IMG/VR virus record: IMGVR_UViG_3300049016_000016
Span: 1 to 40,608 of that record
Source: a virus
Taxonomy: Duplodnaviria; Caudoviricetes
Strand: one strand, 5' to 3'
Length of the DNA stretch: 40,608 nucleotides
The position numbers and the translations under genes are program-made. Shown here one piece after another: positions 17,608 to 27,890 of the stretch (its first letter is position 1; each line of letters starts with the position of its first letter). Below the pieces are notes generated by a model, which had not been told where the DNA came from, ran no database searches, and was given only the letters and a program-made list of their open reading frames with translations.

Positions 17608-18465
17608 TTAGCCGCCAAAGAGCTTGCGGAACTCCGCGTCAGAGACTGCTTTCGCAAACTCCTCCGCAGGCATGTCCGCGAGGGCCTGAAGGGAGAGCTT
17701 TTGCGTCACTCCACCCCCAGACCCGAGAGACTTAGCCGCTGCAACGCCCTTTTGCACGTTCTGCAGCTTTTCCTGTCCGGTCGCCGCTTGCTTGGCCTGG
17801 TAGCCCTTGGCTTGGGCGAGCGCATACATGCTTTCCGCGACGTTCCGCCCCTGCTGGATCAGGCCGAAGACCAGTTGGTCATATTGGCGCGTCACCATTT
17901 GGGCCGCCGTAGCAGGTTCATATCCCACCGCGACCAGCGCCTGTACGTCTGCGTTCTGCGCGTGGTTGATGGCTTCGCGCACGTCCGGCTTTTGCTTGGC
18001 GAACTCACCAATCTGAGTGCCGATGTGCGTCTGAATCTGCTGGTACTGCTGCTGCGCCTGGATCTGCTGTTGGATTTCCTGGGTCGTGCGACCTTGGGCC
18101 TCCAGTTGTCGGCGCAGTTGTTCGTTTTCCGCCTTGAAGTGCCCTACCGGGTCAGCGTTCAGGTCCGGAATGACGGGCTGTTGCTCTTGCTTCTGCGGGG
18201 TTAGGCGCTCGGTGACGACTTGCTGGAGCTGGTTGAACCGCTCCTCCATCATCTTCGTGCGTTCCCGCAGTTCCTTCACCCGCTGGCGCTCCTCATGGAG
18301 GGCTGCGAGGGGGACCACCTTCTGATGAGGAGTCTTCTCCTCTTGAACTTCCTGCTGCTCGGAGCCTTCAACGTGGCGTTCCTGCTCCGCTGCGATGGTT
18401 TCGACTTCGCTAGTCGTTTCTTGAGACTGTTCGCCAGCCTCAGGCGTGCTTACCTGATCGGTCAT
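17608..18465 (-). CDS. Scaffolding protein
   Basis: Acidic N-terminus, VPLAALHEER motif, coiled coil; between portal and capsid. Confidence 0.8.
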   Translation of the reverse strand: MTDQVSTPEAGEQSQETTSEVETIAAEQERHVEGSEQQEVQEEKTPHQKVVPLAALHEERQRVKELRERTKMMEERFNQLQQVVTERLTPQKQEQQPVIPDLNADPVGHFKAENEQLRRQLEAQGRTTQEIQQQIQAQQQYQQIQTHIGTQIGEFAKQKPDVREAINHAQNADVQALVAVGYEPATAAQMVTRQYDQLVFGLIQQGRNVAESMYALAQAKGYQAKQAATGQEKLQNVQKGVAAAKSLGSGGGVTQKLSLQALADMPAEEFAKAVSDAEFRKLFGG

Positions 18466-18511
18466 TGATGAAGAGAGTGGATTTGCTGCGAGTGCGTCCG
18501 CAGCGTGACGT

Positions 18512-20671
18512 TTACTGCTGCACCTCGGAGGAGATTTCCCGAGTTGCTGAATCCGTGGCCGCGTTCTGCACCTTGGCCTTTGAGGTGATGTTGGCCGTCT
18601 CCACCTTCACGGCGGCGTCCAACTCCGCTTTCCAGCGCTGGAACTGCACTTCCCGCTCATGGCGGGAGTTCTCGTATTGCTCTTTCAGAGCTTCCAACTC
18701 CGCGTCCTGGCGAATCTTCATCGCGTGCTGTTCCGCCTCGGATGCTTGGCGGTTGCGATCCACCTCGATCTGCATCCGCATGCGAGCAGCCTCAAGCTGA
18801 GCGTCAAACTGGTGCTGCATCTGCTTAAGCTGCGCCGTGTGCTGCAATTCGCCTTGGCGCATCTGCATCTGGGCCGCCAGCTTCGCCTTCTCCCCCGCGA
18901 ACGGGTCTTGTTGGCGCATCTGGATAGCCGCTTCCTTCCACTTCTCCGACAGCGACGCGGGAATGGGCAGGTAATCCACCACTTCCAGCGGAGGAGGAGG
19001 CATGCCCATCTTCTGCATACCCGGCATGAGGTTCATCAGCATGCCAAAGACGCGTTCCTTGACGTTGTGGGAGGTCGGGGCCTCGTCCACGATCACGTCA
19101 TACTTCAGCGTGTCAGGCATCTTCATGAGCGGGATGTACTTCTCCGACCCATCCCCACCAACGATCCGCACCAACCGCCCATCGGACAGGTAGTTCTGGA
19201 TGAAATCAACCAACAGACGCCCTTGCATCTTGCGATAACGCCGCAGGGAGTCGAAGAAGGTCGCCAGGATGACAAGGCCAGCCTGCTTTCTCTGAGCCTC
19301 CAGATACCCCGCCTGCTGGCGGTCGGCCATCCCAAGAAGTTCAAGGTTCACCCCCGACACATCCCGAATCGAGGAGACGGAGAACTCCATCATCTTCTCG
19401 GGAGCCATCGGGTAGGCCGGCATCGGCTTGGGCAGCACCTTTCCACCCGACAAAGCTCCCGGGAGGAACTTCACCACGGAATCAGCCGCGGCCCAGTCGT
19501 CCTCCAGCTTGCGCATGTTGTCCACTGCGCCCTCTTCCACCATCAGGCCGCCCTTGGCGTTGCTGTTGATGATGTGGAGGATCTGGGAGAAGAACTTGTT
19601 GGCCCACCGTTGGGGGTCGGCCATCGGACGAACCAGCCCGTACCAAGTGTTGTTATTCCGGTCCCGTTTGCCGGTCATCGCCTTGAGCGTGAACCCACCG
19701 TGTTGAACGGGAAGGCGGCTCTTCTCAAGGACCATCGAACCACAGACGAACGCCTGCTTGTAGACCTTCTTCTGAAGCTTGACCGCGTTGACCTGAACGC
19801 CCTTACTCACCAGAGCTTCCATCCGGTCAGCGGGCATCTCCACCATCTGGCCAGTCTGGGCGTCTAGAGCTTTGTAGTACGTCTCCAGCGTGTACCACTG
19901 GTGATGGACAACGAGGTACTTCCCATTGTTGGCGTCGTAGCCGGTGGCGTTCTCGCTGTACGTCCACGCGGTGGAGGCGTTGTGCGGATTGGTCTCAGAG
20001 GTCGCGGATGCCAGTTCTTGAAAGCCAGGCGTGCCGACTTCGGCGTCAGGCCACTTCTCTTCGATCTCTTCCTTGCACAGCCAGGCGTCACGCTGGAACC
20101 ACTTGGAGTCAGCAAGGTTGCGCTTCTTGGCGCCTTGGTCGTAGCGAACGGTGATCGGGTCAACCCGCTCCACCAGAACCTGACCTTCTTCGTCGTCGGT
20201 GTAGTCAAGACGGGTTTCGGTGTACCCGAGCCCACAGACCACCATGTCAAAGAAGGCGTCGGACTCCTCGTCCTCGGCATCGCACTGGTCCCGCACCCAC
20301 GCCGCAGCGCCGGTCAGAACCTCATTCACCCCGGAATCCCCAGCTTGGCGAGGGATGAACTGCACCTGCTGGCGGTTGGAGACTTCCGACCCACAGACAG
20401 AATCGATCACCGGGCCAATGCGGTTGAACACCACAGGAGCGCGGCCCATCTCCTCCAACTGCGCCTTGTCGGTAGAGGACCACTGATCCCCAGCAACTAG
20501 GTCAAAGCACTCCTTGGCCTCCTTCAGCCAGTCAGAGAGGTGCTTGTCGCTCTCCTTCCGGGCCTTCTTGACCATGCCGACGATCTGGGCGTCCGTCTCG
20601 GAGATTCCAGGCACGGCTGCGCCTTGCTCGGAGGTCTGTACTTCTTCCGAGTCGTCTTCGTAGTCGGTCAT
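18512..20671 (-). CDS. Portal protein (P22-like)
   Basis: GDQW...FNRI, YGLVRPMADPQRWAN motifs; 719 aa with C-terminal coiled coil. Confidence 0.9.
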   Translation of the reverse strand: MTDYEDDSEEVQTSEQGAAVPGISETDAQIVGMVKKARKESDKHLSDWLKEAKECFDLVAGDQWSSTDKAQLEEMGRAPVVFNRIGPVIDSVCGSEVSNRQQVQFIPRQAGDSGVNEVLTGAAAWVRDQCDAEDEESDAFFDMVVCGLGYTETRLDYTDDEEGQVLVERVDPITVRYDQGAKKRNLADSKWFQRDAWLCKEEIEEKWPDAEVGTPGFQELASATSETNPHNASTAWTYSENATGYDANNGKYLVVHHQWYTLETYYKALDAQTGQMVEMPADRMEALVSKGVQVNAVKLQKKVYKQAFVCGSMVLEKSRLPVQHGGFTLKAMTGKRDRNNNTWYGLVRPMADPQRWANKFFSQILHIINSNAKGGLMVEEGAVDNMRKLEDDWAAADSVVKFLPGALSGGKVLPKPMPAYPMAPEKMMEFSVSSIRDVSGVNLELLGMADRQQAGYLEAQRKQAGLVILATFFDSLRRYRKMQGRLLVDFIQNYLSDGRLVRIVGGDGSEKYIPLMKMPDTLKYDVIVDEAPTSHNVKERVFGMLMNLMPGMQKMGMPPPPLEVVDYLPIPASLSEKWKEAAIQMRQQDPFAGEKAKLAAQMQMRQGELQHTAQLKQMQHQFDAQLEAARMRMQIEVDRNRQASEAEQHAMKIRQDAELEALKEQYENSRHEREVQFQRWKAELDAAVKVETANITSKAKVQNAATDSATREISSEVQQ

Positions 20672-20674
20672 GTG

Positions 20675-22231
20675 TTAGGCCGCCCAGGCTGATCGTCTGG
20701 ACTTGTGTTTTGCGTATGCGTCCTTGGACTCTTCTGGCATCTTCGGCCAGACCAGAGACAGGTCAGGCTCCTCCATCCGAGCCAAGGCGTCCAGCATGTC
20801 GTCATGCATCGGAACGGGGAAGCTGGCGTATTCCTGCTCGATGAAGTCCCCCACCAACTCCCTCGTCTGCCCCTCGTAGTTCGTCTTGTGCAGGGTCTGC
20901 GGAAACCAAATCTTTGCCTGCTCAAACAGAGGAATGAGCCTGCGAATGCGATCGTTCTTGGGGGTCTGCCCTCCCACTTCGATGATGTCGAAGCGGTAGT
21001 TCATCTCCCCCTGCCGGTACTTGATGTGCTGGATGTCAGCCATCATTCCGTACCGCTCGTAGCGAACCTCCATCGGCCGCCACTTCCTGTGCAACTGGAT
21101 CAGCTTTTCCGCCCGCTCGGTCAGGTTCAGCCGGTCCCGCACGATGTCCAGGATGTACCGATTCCCGTCTGACCCCAGACCTACAACCCACATTGCCGTG
21201 TAGTCGTTGGTCTTTCGCTTGTCGTTCGCAGCGTCTACCAAGATGTACTTGTTCAGCCCAGAGTGAACATCCTCCGGGCTCTTCTCGTAGAAACGAATCC
21301 AGTCCCGCTTGAAGCCCTGCGTTGCGTCAGCCACCGGGTTTTGCAGCATCTGCGCTCCAAAGGTGTACGGCCCCATGTCCCGGCGCTTCTGCACCAGCAG
21401 CTCCCGCGTTAAAAGGACCGGCTCACCCTCTACCGTCCCGTCATGGGTCGCGGTGTAGATCCGAGGCTTGAACACCTGGCGCTCAATCATCGCCCGATAG
21501 GTGTCGTTGGAGTGGTATCGCGTGCCGATCATCCGGCGCCACTCTTGCCCCTGTGATCCTAGGTTGAAGCTCAGCTCCAGCGCTTCGGTCGTCTTGGCGA
21601 TCATCTCCGGCGTAGTCACCGACTCACGGGTAACCACGTCATCAAACACCATCCCGGTGAAGTGCTTGGAGGTTGGCTGTCCATCCACCAGCCCCCAAGC
21701 CTCCAGCGTGGCTTCCTTGGGGTTGCTCTTGCGCTTTACCGTGATCCCATCATCCTCAGACCACTTGGGCGCTTCCTTCTGAGCGTTTCTCCAGATGATG
21801 TCTGGGAACAGCTCCTTCAGAACCGTGTTCGTCTCAAACTCGTACTTGATCTGCCGCAGGAAGCCTTTGGCAATCGGCCGAGTGTGAGAAAAGATCCCGA
21901 TGCACTGCTCTCTGTCTGTTAGCGGCTCCTCGCCGTGACTCGCCAGAATGCTCCTGACCGTCCCGCCGTAAGTGATGATCGTTGACTTGTAATGGTCCCG
22001 CGCCCACAGGTCCAAACGCCCATTCGGCTCTAGGTCAAACTCCTTGCAGCGAGCCAGCAGCCATGGCTTTGCTACGTCCTTGCGGCCACAGGCGAACCAG
22101 AGCAGCCAGAACGTGTCAATGCGACACAGGAGGCGGCTGATGTTCCACCGATCCGCTTCCGAGCAGTTCTGCAAGTCGCTGGCTAGTTTCCTGTACTGCT
22201 CGATGCTCGATGGCACCGGAATGTTTGACAT
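20675..22231 (-). CDS. terL: Terminase large subunit
   Basis: Walker A-like RDHYKST, FDDVV, nuclease LVDAA, HDDMLDAL. Confidence 0.9.
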   Translation of the reverse strand: MSNIPVPSSIEQYRKLASDLQNCSEADRWNISRLLCRIDTFWLLWFACGRKDVAKPWLLARCKEFDLEPNGRLDLWARDHYKSTIITYGGTVRSILASHGEEPLTDREQCIGIFSHTRPIAKGFLRQIKYEFETNTVLKELFPDIIWRNAQKEAPKWSEDDGITVKRKSNPKEATLEAWGLVDGQPTSKHFTGMVFDDVVTRESVTTPEMIAKTTEALELSFNLGSQGQEWRRMIGTRYHSNDTYRAMIERQVFKPRIYTATHDGTVEGEPVLLTRELLVQKRRDMGPYTFGAQMLQNPVADATQGFKRDWIRFYEKSPEDVHSGLNKYILVDAANDKRKTNDYTAMWVVGLGSDGNRYILDIVRDRLNLTERAEKLIQLHRKWRPMEVRYERYGMMADIQHIKYRQGEMNYRFDIIEVGGQTPKNDRIRRLIPLFEQAKIWFPQTLHKTNYEGQTRELVGDFIEQEYASFPVPMHDDMLDALARMEEPDLSLVWPKMPEESKDAYAKHKSRRSAWAA

Positions 22232-22478
22232 TGACGGTTCCCGTCTTCTCTTCGACCTTGGGCAACAGGTCGGCAACCACTTTCAGGTAGACATCAGGCC
22301 TCTCGGCTCGGACATGCGCCAAGGCGCTCAAGCCGTTGGCTTTCCAGTCCTCCAGCACATCCCTTAGGAAGTCTTCGGCCAGGAGGTTGCGGCTTCCCTT
22401 GGGTCGTCCATTGGGGTTGCCGGACTGGCCTGGTTTGAACTTGGTGTCCTGCTTCTTGTCTGTAGATGCAGGCTTCAT
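22116..22478 (-). CDS. Terminase small subunit-like (DUF5681)
   Basis: FKPGQSGNPNGRPKGSRN motif; upstream of and overlapping terL. Confidence 0.75.
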   Translation of the reverse strand: MKPASTDKKQDTKFKPGQSGNPNGRPKGSRNLLAEDFLRDVLEDWKANGLSALAHVRAERPDVYLKVVADLLPKVEEKTGTVNVKHSGAIEHRAVQETSQRLAELLGSGSVEHQPPPVSH

Positions 22479-22482
22479 GGCG

Positions 22483-22809
22483 TCAGAAGGCAGCGAACGC
22501 GGACACAGTGGCAGTCGTCCCGCTGATTGCGGTCACGTTCCCGCGAACCAGGGCGTACCTGTCATCGGAAGCGAAGCTGTCGCTGCTGCTGGTCGTTGCC
22601 AGAGTGAGCGTGATCGTCCCGATGGTGTCCCAGCTCGTACCGCCGTCGTTGGAGCCTTGAATGACAATCGTGGCCGCCCCAGCGCCGGCAGAGGTTGTTC
22701 CCCTGGCTTGGTAGGTCTTGGTCGTCCCGCTGTTGGCTATGGCACTGCCTGCGCCGGTTGCCGTCACCGCAGAGAGCAGAGCCGCGGTCTGAATGTGCTT
22801 GTAGGACAT
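22483..22809 (-). CDS. Small Thr/Ala-rich putative virion protein
   Basis: IQGSNDGGTSW motif, beta-rich. Confidence 0.6.
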   Translation of the reverse strand: MSYKHIQTAALLSAVTATGAGSAIANSGTTKTYQARGTTSAGAGAATIVIQGSNDGGTSWDTIGTITLTLATTSSSDSFASDDRYALVRGNVTAISGTTATVSAFAAF

Positions 22810-22902
22810 TAACCATTCCCCGTAGCGGTGGTCGTAGCTGCGTCAAGCAAGTTGACCTTGTTGACGATGTTTCGTCTGGACATGTGAGTCTCCGAAATGT
22901 GG

Positions 22903-24666
22903 TTACTTCAGCTTCGCCCAATACTGCGTGCCAGCAAGCGTCGTTCCGCTATGGGCGACAGTGGACGCCGCCTGAATTACGACCGTCGTATGCGTCAACA
23001 CCGTGATAGAGGTCGTCGCACCATCGTTGTCCACCGAGTTGGCCGCATTCAGGGTGACGGTCCAGGAATTGGCCGTTGGATTGGATAGAACGATCGGAAT
23101 GCCGACCATGGCATAGGTGATGGCTGGGATGGTCAGGCCTGCGCCGCCCGTACCCGTGTACTGCAGGAAGTTGCCGTGCGTGCCACCGCTCCAAGTCACG
23201 CCATCAGCGACCCAACTCACCATCTCACGGATCGGCGCACCCGCGCAAACCGGGTTGTGCGCGAATGCTGGATCATCCATGAACCATTGACCATTCGCGC
23301 GCTTTCCATCAAGGTGAAGCTCTAGCGCGGAAGAGCCGGTGCGACCACTGTATTTCAGGCCGTTGTTGGTTTGGTTGCCGGAAGTTGTCGGCTTTTGGCC
23401 ATGGATCTGCACCGTCGGAGAATCGCAGTCAACAAGGTTCGCCTGCGAGCCCCAGAACGTTTGCAAAGCTGCGTTGCAGTTACGTGTGACGAGCTGGGCC
23501 GTGTAAGTCTGAAGCCCAGAGTGAATACCGAAGTGGATGCGCGTTCCGGTGTTGATGTTCTGGCAAACAATGTCCGCGCATCCGCCTGCCTCAAAATCGG
23601 TCCACATGACGGCAGAGTAGGTAACGGTGGAATTGGCGTCTTGCCCGCCAAATTCAACACACGCACCGCCTCGGACCATTACGACGGGTGTATTTCCAGT
23701 CGCGCTCGCATTCGTTGCAGTCGCATCGCTGCCCAACTTTGTGGCAACCGTGATCGTTCCGGCGCCAGATGCCCCAGATACCGTTTTGACGAAATACACA
23801 CGATTCGTGCTGAACCCTGATCCCGCCGTCTGAAACATGACCGGGATTCCAACCGCAAACTTGGTTAAATCGGAGACGCCAAGGTTTGGTGATCCGTTCG
23901 TGCAGGTTGGCTGAGTGGTGTAGCTGTGGTTGCTGTTGCCAATGCTTGTGATGTGCTCGATAAAGCAGTCGTTTAGCTGGCTTCCACCGTAGTTGGTGTC
24001 TCGCGCACCAATGACGACACCGCGAGCAGTGACCTGCCCAGAGGACGAGGCCTGGCAAATGATGTCATTGATCGTGTCGTTGCCGTAGTTCCAGTAAGTC
24101 GTGCCAGAGGCCATCTTGCAGAACTGGCCAACCGTGTTATCAAAGCAAACGACTTGCCCGATCTTCTGGTTGTGGCAGTTCTCAAGCCATACCCCCCACT
24201 GCGAGCAGCCAGTGACGCAGATACGATCGATGTTGAAATTGTTGATGCCACCCTTGTAGAGGGCTCCTACCTTCACACCATATTTGCAGTTTCGTATGCC
24301 AAGGTCAAACAGCCCAGCGCCTTGAATCTCTTGCGTCAGCGGATCAACCGAGTTGTCAGCTGAATCGTCGGGGTTGTACTCAAAGCCGTTGAAGTTGCCA
24401 CCCCCGCCATCAATGATGGTTCCACCGGCGATGTCATGCAGACGCATGCGGAACGACACGCCACCACCCTGATACCGGACGTTCTGGTACAGAGGTAGAG
24501 CCGACGTAATGGCAATAACACCAACCGGTAGAAGGACGATTCCGCCACCAGCCGCATACGCCAGCTCCGCCTGTCTGCGCACAGCGCCCTCGGTTGGGGC
24601 TCCGACAACAAATAGCGGAAGCGTTGTTGGGATACCCGTCTTCAGATGATCGGTGTTGGCTGACAT
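22903..24666 (-). CDS. Tailspike/depolymerase-like beta-helix protein
   Basis: AGGGIVLLPVG pectate-lyase-like start, Asn/Gly/Thr-rich; visibly lower GC than flanks. Confidence 0.6.
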   Translation of the reverse strand: MSANTDHLKTGIPTTLPLFVVGAPTEGAVRRQAELAYAAGGGIVLLPVGVIAITSALPLYQNVRYQGGGVSFRMRLHDIAGGTIIDGGGGNFNGFEYNPDDSADNSVDPLTQEIQGAGLFDLGIRNCKYGVKVGALYKGGINNFNIDRICVTGCSQWGVWLENCHNQKIGQVVCFDNTVGQFCKMASGTTYWNYGNDTINDIICQASSSGQVTARGVVIGARDTNYGGSQLNDCFIEHITSIGNSNHSYTTQPTCTNGSPNLGVSDLTKFAVGIPVMFQTAGSGFSTNRVYFVKTVSGASGAGTITVATKLGSDATATNASATGNTPVVMVRGGACVEFGGQDANSTVTYSAVMWTDFEAGGCADIVCQNINTGTRIHFGIHSGLQTYTAQLVTRNCNAALQTFWGSQANLVDCDSPTVQIHGQKPTTSGNQTNNGLKYSGRTGSSALELHLDGKRANGQWFMDDPAFAHNPVCAGAPIREMVSWVADGVTWSGGTHGNFLQYTGTGGAGLTIPAITYAMVGIPIVLSNPTANSWTVTLNAANSVDNDGATTSITVLTHTTVVIQAASTVAHSGTTLAGTQYWAKLK

Positions 24667-24712
24667 CTAGACTCCAGAAGCTAGGCGCAAGCGAAACGCC
24701 TACCCCAAAATG

Positions 24713-24735
24713 AAAAAGCCCGGGCGAACCGGGCT
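24713..24735 (-). terminator. Rho-independent terminator in the late leader (tR'-like)
   Basis: AGCCCGG-loop-CCGGGCT stem followed by TTTT on the minus strand; between the Q-like gene and the late genes. Confidence 0.75.
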
Positions 24736-25026
24736 GTGAAATTGCCTCTACGGCAACTGCGGGAAGGTTTGGGGCGCTGTCCGTCAGGTGGCGGTCGGTA
24801 GCTGCTAGCTAGATGACGCGATCTTGCTGCGCGAGCTGGTGACCCCTAGTGGGTGGGAGTGGCCCCAAGATATGCTGATCGCCAGAAGCGAGAAACCCTC
24901 CATTGCGGAGGTCTCGAACGTCGTGAGCTTTACCGGCACCGCCGCCTCCGAAGTGGACGGGCGACGCTTGCTATAGCTCAGTCGTTGCGGCACTGTAGCA
25001 CAAACTGCTGGGCTTGCGCAACCCCC

Positions 25027-25413
25027 TCAGACTCGCCTATTGACCAACATGGTCCGCGCGTCTCGCAGAAGCAACGCCAGTCCGTCAAGCGTCGTCCCCT
25101 GATCCGCTGCCGCTCTCCTCGGGTTGATTGGCTTGACGTAGCACCATTGGATGGCCCGGCGATGCGGCTCCGGGAGCCTGGCAACGGCCTTGGCGATCCG
25201 CTGGGCATCCATCCCGTCCACCGCCGACAAGGCCCACGTGTGCTCGGCTCCTCGGGCTCTTGCAGCACTGCGGACCATCTGAAACATCGGGCTGATGGCC
25301 GGAGAGTAGCTACCACGGCACCAGCAGGCCCAGTTCTTGAGCCTCCGGTCAATCTCCACATGCCTGTCCTCCACCGCGTGGAAGTCCACCGTCAGTTTCG
25401 TTGCCATCAACAT
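25027..25413 (-). CDS. Late-gene antiterminator/activator (Q-like)
   Basis: RLKNWACW...LPEPHRRAIQWCY with C-terminal HTH-like region; last early gene before the late leader. Confidence 0.6.
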   Translation of the reverse strand: MLMATKLTVDFHAVEDRHVEIDRRLKNWACWCRGSYSPAISPMFQMVRSAARARGAEHTWALSAVDGMDAQRIAKAVARLPEPHRRAIQWCYVKPINPRRAAADQGTTLDGLALLLRDARTMLVNRRV

Positions 25414-25441
25414 CCCCTTCCGTCCTTCCTGTTTGTAGTTG

Positions 25442-25618
25442 TCAGCCGCAAAGCGCCTTAGTAGCCGCGACACAAGCCTCGCCACGGATCGGGCGCGAGT
25501 CCCACACGGGCGCGGGCACCTCCGGCCCAGGCTCCTCCTTCACCGCAAGCCCACCGATCACCTCGATCCAGCCGGGAGCGTCTGAGGCTTCTTCTTCGGT
25601 GTAGATGTAGACCGACAT
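25442..25618 (-). CDS. Hypothetical protein
   Basis: AAGGAAAGAG RBS before MSVYIY. Confidence 0.4.
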   Translation of the reverse strand: MSVYIYTEEEASDAPGWIEVIGGLAVKEEPGPEVPAPVWDSRPIRGEACVAATKALCG

Positions 25619-25703
25619 GGCTCTTTCCTTTCGGTAGGTTTGAAAGCGTGATCGTGTTTGCCGCGCAGCTTCCCTCTGCTTTTCTCGGTCTTGCTCCGGG
25701 AGG

Positions 25704-26075
25704 TCATGGCGCGTCCCACGGACCAAGTTGATCCACCAGCCGGCCAGCCGGGAGTGGAGGCCATGCGCCCGTCCATTCAGCCATCTCGCCGAGGCTCCAG
25801 ACGCTGGGGATGGGCCGTAGCGGCTCCTTCTGCGCCGGCTTGGGCATGGGCTCCGGCTCAGGCTCCCAGATGCTCAACCTGCTAGCCCTGGCGCTCCCCT
25901 TCGCCTTGATCCGAAGCCGCTTACGGTCGCGGGCATTGGACAGTGCGTCGTGGAGTTGCTTGCGTCCGACTTCTGGGAAGTCCTGCTGGAGATCGTCCAG
26001 TGTTGCCGTCCCCCGCCTGATGACGGCCTCAGACACCCGGTTGACTAAGCTATTGGGGTAGTGGTTGACCGTCAC
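25704..26075 (-). CDS. Hypothetical protein (winged-helix-like)
   Basis: GTGA overlap with the upstream gene. Confidence 0.55.
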   Translation of the reverse strand: MTVNHYPNSLVNRVSEAVIRRGTATLDDLQQDFPEVGRKQLHDALSNARDRKRLRIKAKGSARASRLSIWEPEPEPMPKPAQKEPLRPIPSVWSLGEMAEWTGAWPPLPAGRLVDQLGPWDAP

Positions 26076-26398
26076 GCCGCCCCCAGGGCAAAGACGCTGT
26101 TTGCCGGGGGCGCCTTGATCGGCAGCGCCTCCCCACCCATCAGCCTCGCTAGGCGCACCCCCACGGGAACATTGCACTCCGGGTTAACGAAGAACCGCGC
26201 TCGGCCTGCGTCGTCCTTGCACTTGCGAAGGGTGTTGCTGCGGGCGACCATGTTTTGCAGCAGCACTTGGATGAACTGCCGATTGATAGCCGGGAACCTC
26301 TCGGCGAAGTGCTCCACGATGTCATCAGGAGTCCATCGGTCTCCGTCTTCAAACAGCAGCAGCCAGATTTCCTGTTGAATGCCGGCGTTTGGTCTCAT
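26072..26398 (-). CDS. Hypothetical protein (winged-helix-like)
   Basis: ATGA-coupled to ninG; ends PANSVFALG. Confidence 0.6.
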   Translation of the reverse strand: MRPNAGIQQEIWLLLFEDGDRWTPDDIVEHFAERFPAINRQFIQVLLQNMVARSNTLRKCKDDAGRARFFVNPECNVPVGVRLARLMGGEALPIKAPPANSVFALGAA

Positions 26399-26976
26399 TC
26401 TTCGCTCCTCAGTGCCTTCAGTTCCCTAACCGCTGCCTTGTACTTTTCGCGAATGGCGATCAATTCATCCCGTTGCCATTTGTGCACTCGGTTGTCCGCG
26501 TATAGGGCGTTCACCACATCCCAGCCGACACGCTCAGCGGCTCCGGCCTTCTTGGCTTCTTCCGTCGCGCCGCCCGGCCTATTGCAATTTTTCCGTTGTC
26601 CGAAACAGTTGGTTTCCACGAAGCGGAGGTGAGTCGCGGCACCACGTGAGCGAAGGTGCCCCGCGTCCATTGATCCGCCCGGCTTGTTCGGCTCGTAGTG
26701 CTTGCCGCAGTCGAAGCACGGCTTGTCGGCGTCCCGCAGGCGGATGAAGAGGTTGAACCACTTCTGCGCCTCTTCGATCAACTCGCCAATCGTCTTGGCC
26801 GCTTCCTTCCGCGCCTTCAGCTCATCCCGGTCCTTCGCCTTCTTCGCGTCTGACCTGGCCTTCACCAGACGGCTAGCGCAACGCGGGGAACAGACGTTCT
26901 GGAGCGGGCGAGCGGGCACGAACTCGCGGGAGCAGTGGGAGCACTCCTTGGTCTTGGCGGTGAAGGCGGGGAACAT
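26395..26976 (-). CDS. ninG: NinG/Rap-like recombination endonuclease
   Basis: FNLFIRLRD, CFDCG, DAGHLRSRGA, LRFVETNC motifs. Confidence 0.88.
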   Translation of the reverse strand: MFPAFTAKTKECSHCSREFVPARPLQNVCSPRCASRLVKARSDAKKAKDRDELKARKEAAKTIGELIEEAQKWFNLFIRLRDADKPCFDCGKHYEPNKPGGSMDAGHLRSRGAATHLRFVETNCFGQRKNCNRPGGATEEAKKAGAAERVGWDVVNALYADNRVHKWQRDELIAIREKYKAAVRELKALRSEE

Positions 26977-27182
26977 CAGTAGTCCCCGTTGTCAAAATGA
27001 ACCACCTTCGGCCGGTCCGGCGTGTACTCGCGCAGCCTCTGAATCGTCACCGCCTCATTCGGCAAACCTCCGTCGTCAAGCTCTTTCCGAATCATCTCCA
27101 CGGCCTGAAGCGGCGACTCGGCAATCACGACGACACACGAACCGATCCAATGTCCGTGCCCCTCATGGACGTAGACCCTCAT
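26976..27182 (-). CDS. Hypothetical protein, 68 aa
   Basis: MRVYVHEGHGHW...DNGDY; coupled at both ends. Confidence 0.6.
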   Translation of the reverse strand: MRVYVHEGHGHWIGSCVVVIAESPLQAVEMIRKELDDGGLPNEAVTIQRLREYTPDRPKVVHFDNGDY

Positions 27183-27583
27183 CACAGACTCGCCTCCCAT
27201 GCGTTGATGAAGTCGATCAGCTCGGCGCACTCGCCCTTGGTCAGGTCCGAGGTGCGGCGGAACACCACATCCACCCCATGACCGTCCAGCGCCGGCAGTA
27301 TCTCGATGGACTCGCCACGCGCCCGAAGCCATGCCGCAGTCAGCAGGCGCTTCCACGTCTCCGGATCACGCTTGCTGCCGGCCCATTCGTGCTTGTCGGC
27401 AATCTCGGTCAGACGGGCATGCAGCAGCGCGTTCTGAGACAGGTTTCGCTTCTGCGGCTTGACGGCCAGGCTCCACCGCCCTCCTCCTTGCAGGACGGTC
27501 GCCAGGAACGGAAAGAGTTGCGCCTTGATCGCGGCCCAGGCCTGGGCGCGGTTGTGCAGTTCGATGGACAGGGAATCGCTCAC
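27182..27583 (-). CDS. ninB: NinB-like recombination protein
   Basis: KRNLSQNALLHA, WKRLL, RTSDLTKGECAELIDFI motifs. Confidence 0.85.
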   Translation of the reverse strand: MSDSLSIELHNRAQAWAAIKAQLFPFLATVLQGGGRWSLAVKPQKRNLSQNALLHARLTEIADKHEWAGSKRDPETWKRLLTAAWLRARGESIEILPALDGHGVDVVFRRTSDLTKGECAELIDFINAWEASL

Positions 27584-27641
27584 AGCACCCCCAAGAAAGC
27601 CCAGAGCGGGAAAAAAGCCAGGACTAGCCATGCCATTGCAC

Positions 27642-27890
27642 TCATGCGGACACCCTCGCAGCCATGCGCTTAGCCGCGTCTTGCAGACGTGCGTTGAACC
27701 AGCGCCGCACAACGTAGCTGCGGGCCACGCTCACCAGCGTGTACAGGAAGCCGATGAAGAAGTTTTCCCCGATGCTGATGTTGAAACCGATCAGTGGCAG
27801 GATGACGAGATTGGCGAAGAAGTTGATCCAGAAGCCAATCAGCACGTTCATGCAGGCTTCGATCAGCGAGCCCAAGCGGGTTTGGTTCAC
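27642..27890 (-). CDS. Small membrane protein
   Basis: QTRLGSLIEACMNVLIG...RSYVVRRWFN; two hydrophobic segments; common phage family. Confidence 0.75.
   Translation of the reverse strand: MNQTRLGSLIEACMNVLIGFWINFFANLVILPLIGFNISIGENFFIGFLYTLVSVARSYVVRRWFNARLQDAAKRMAARVSA

Noticed and set aside
8177-19867. Long plus-strand ORFs (8177-9715, 16325-17611, 18659-19867; also 4643-5509)
   Set aside because: They are antisense shadows of well-supported minus-strand genes in GC-rich DNA and show no motifs.
24740-25020. tRNA or ncRNA in the late leader
   Set aside because: No cloverleaf or T-loop found; only isolated hairpins.
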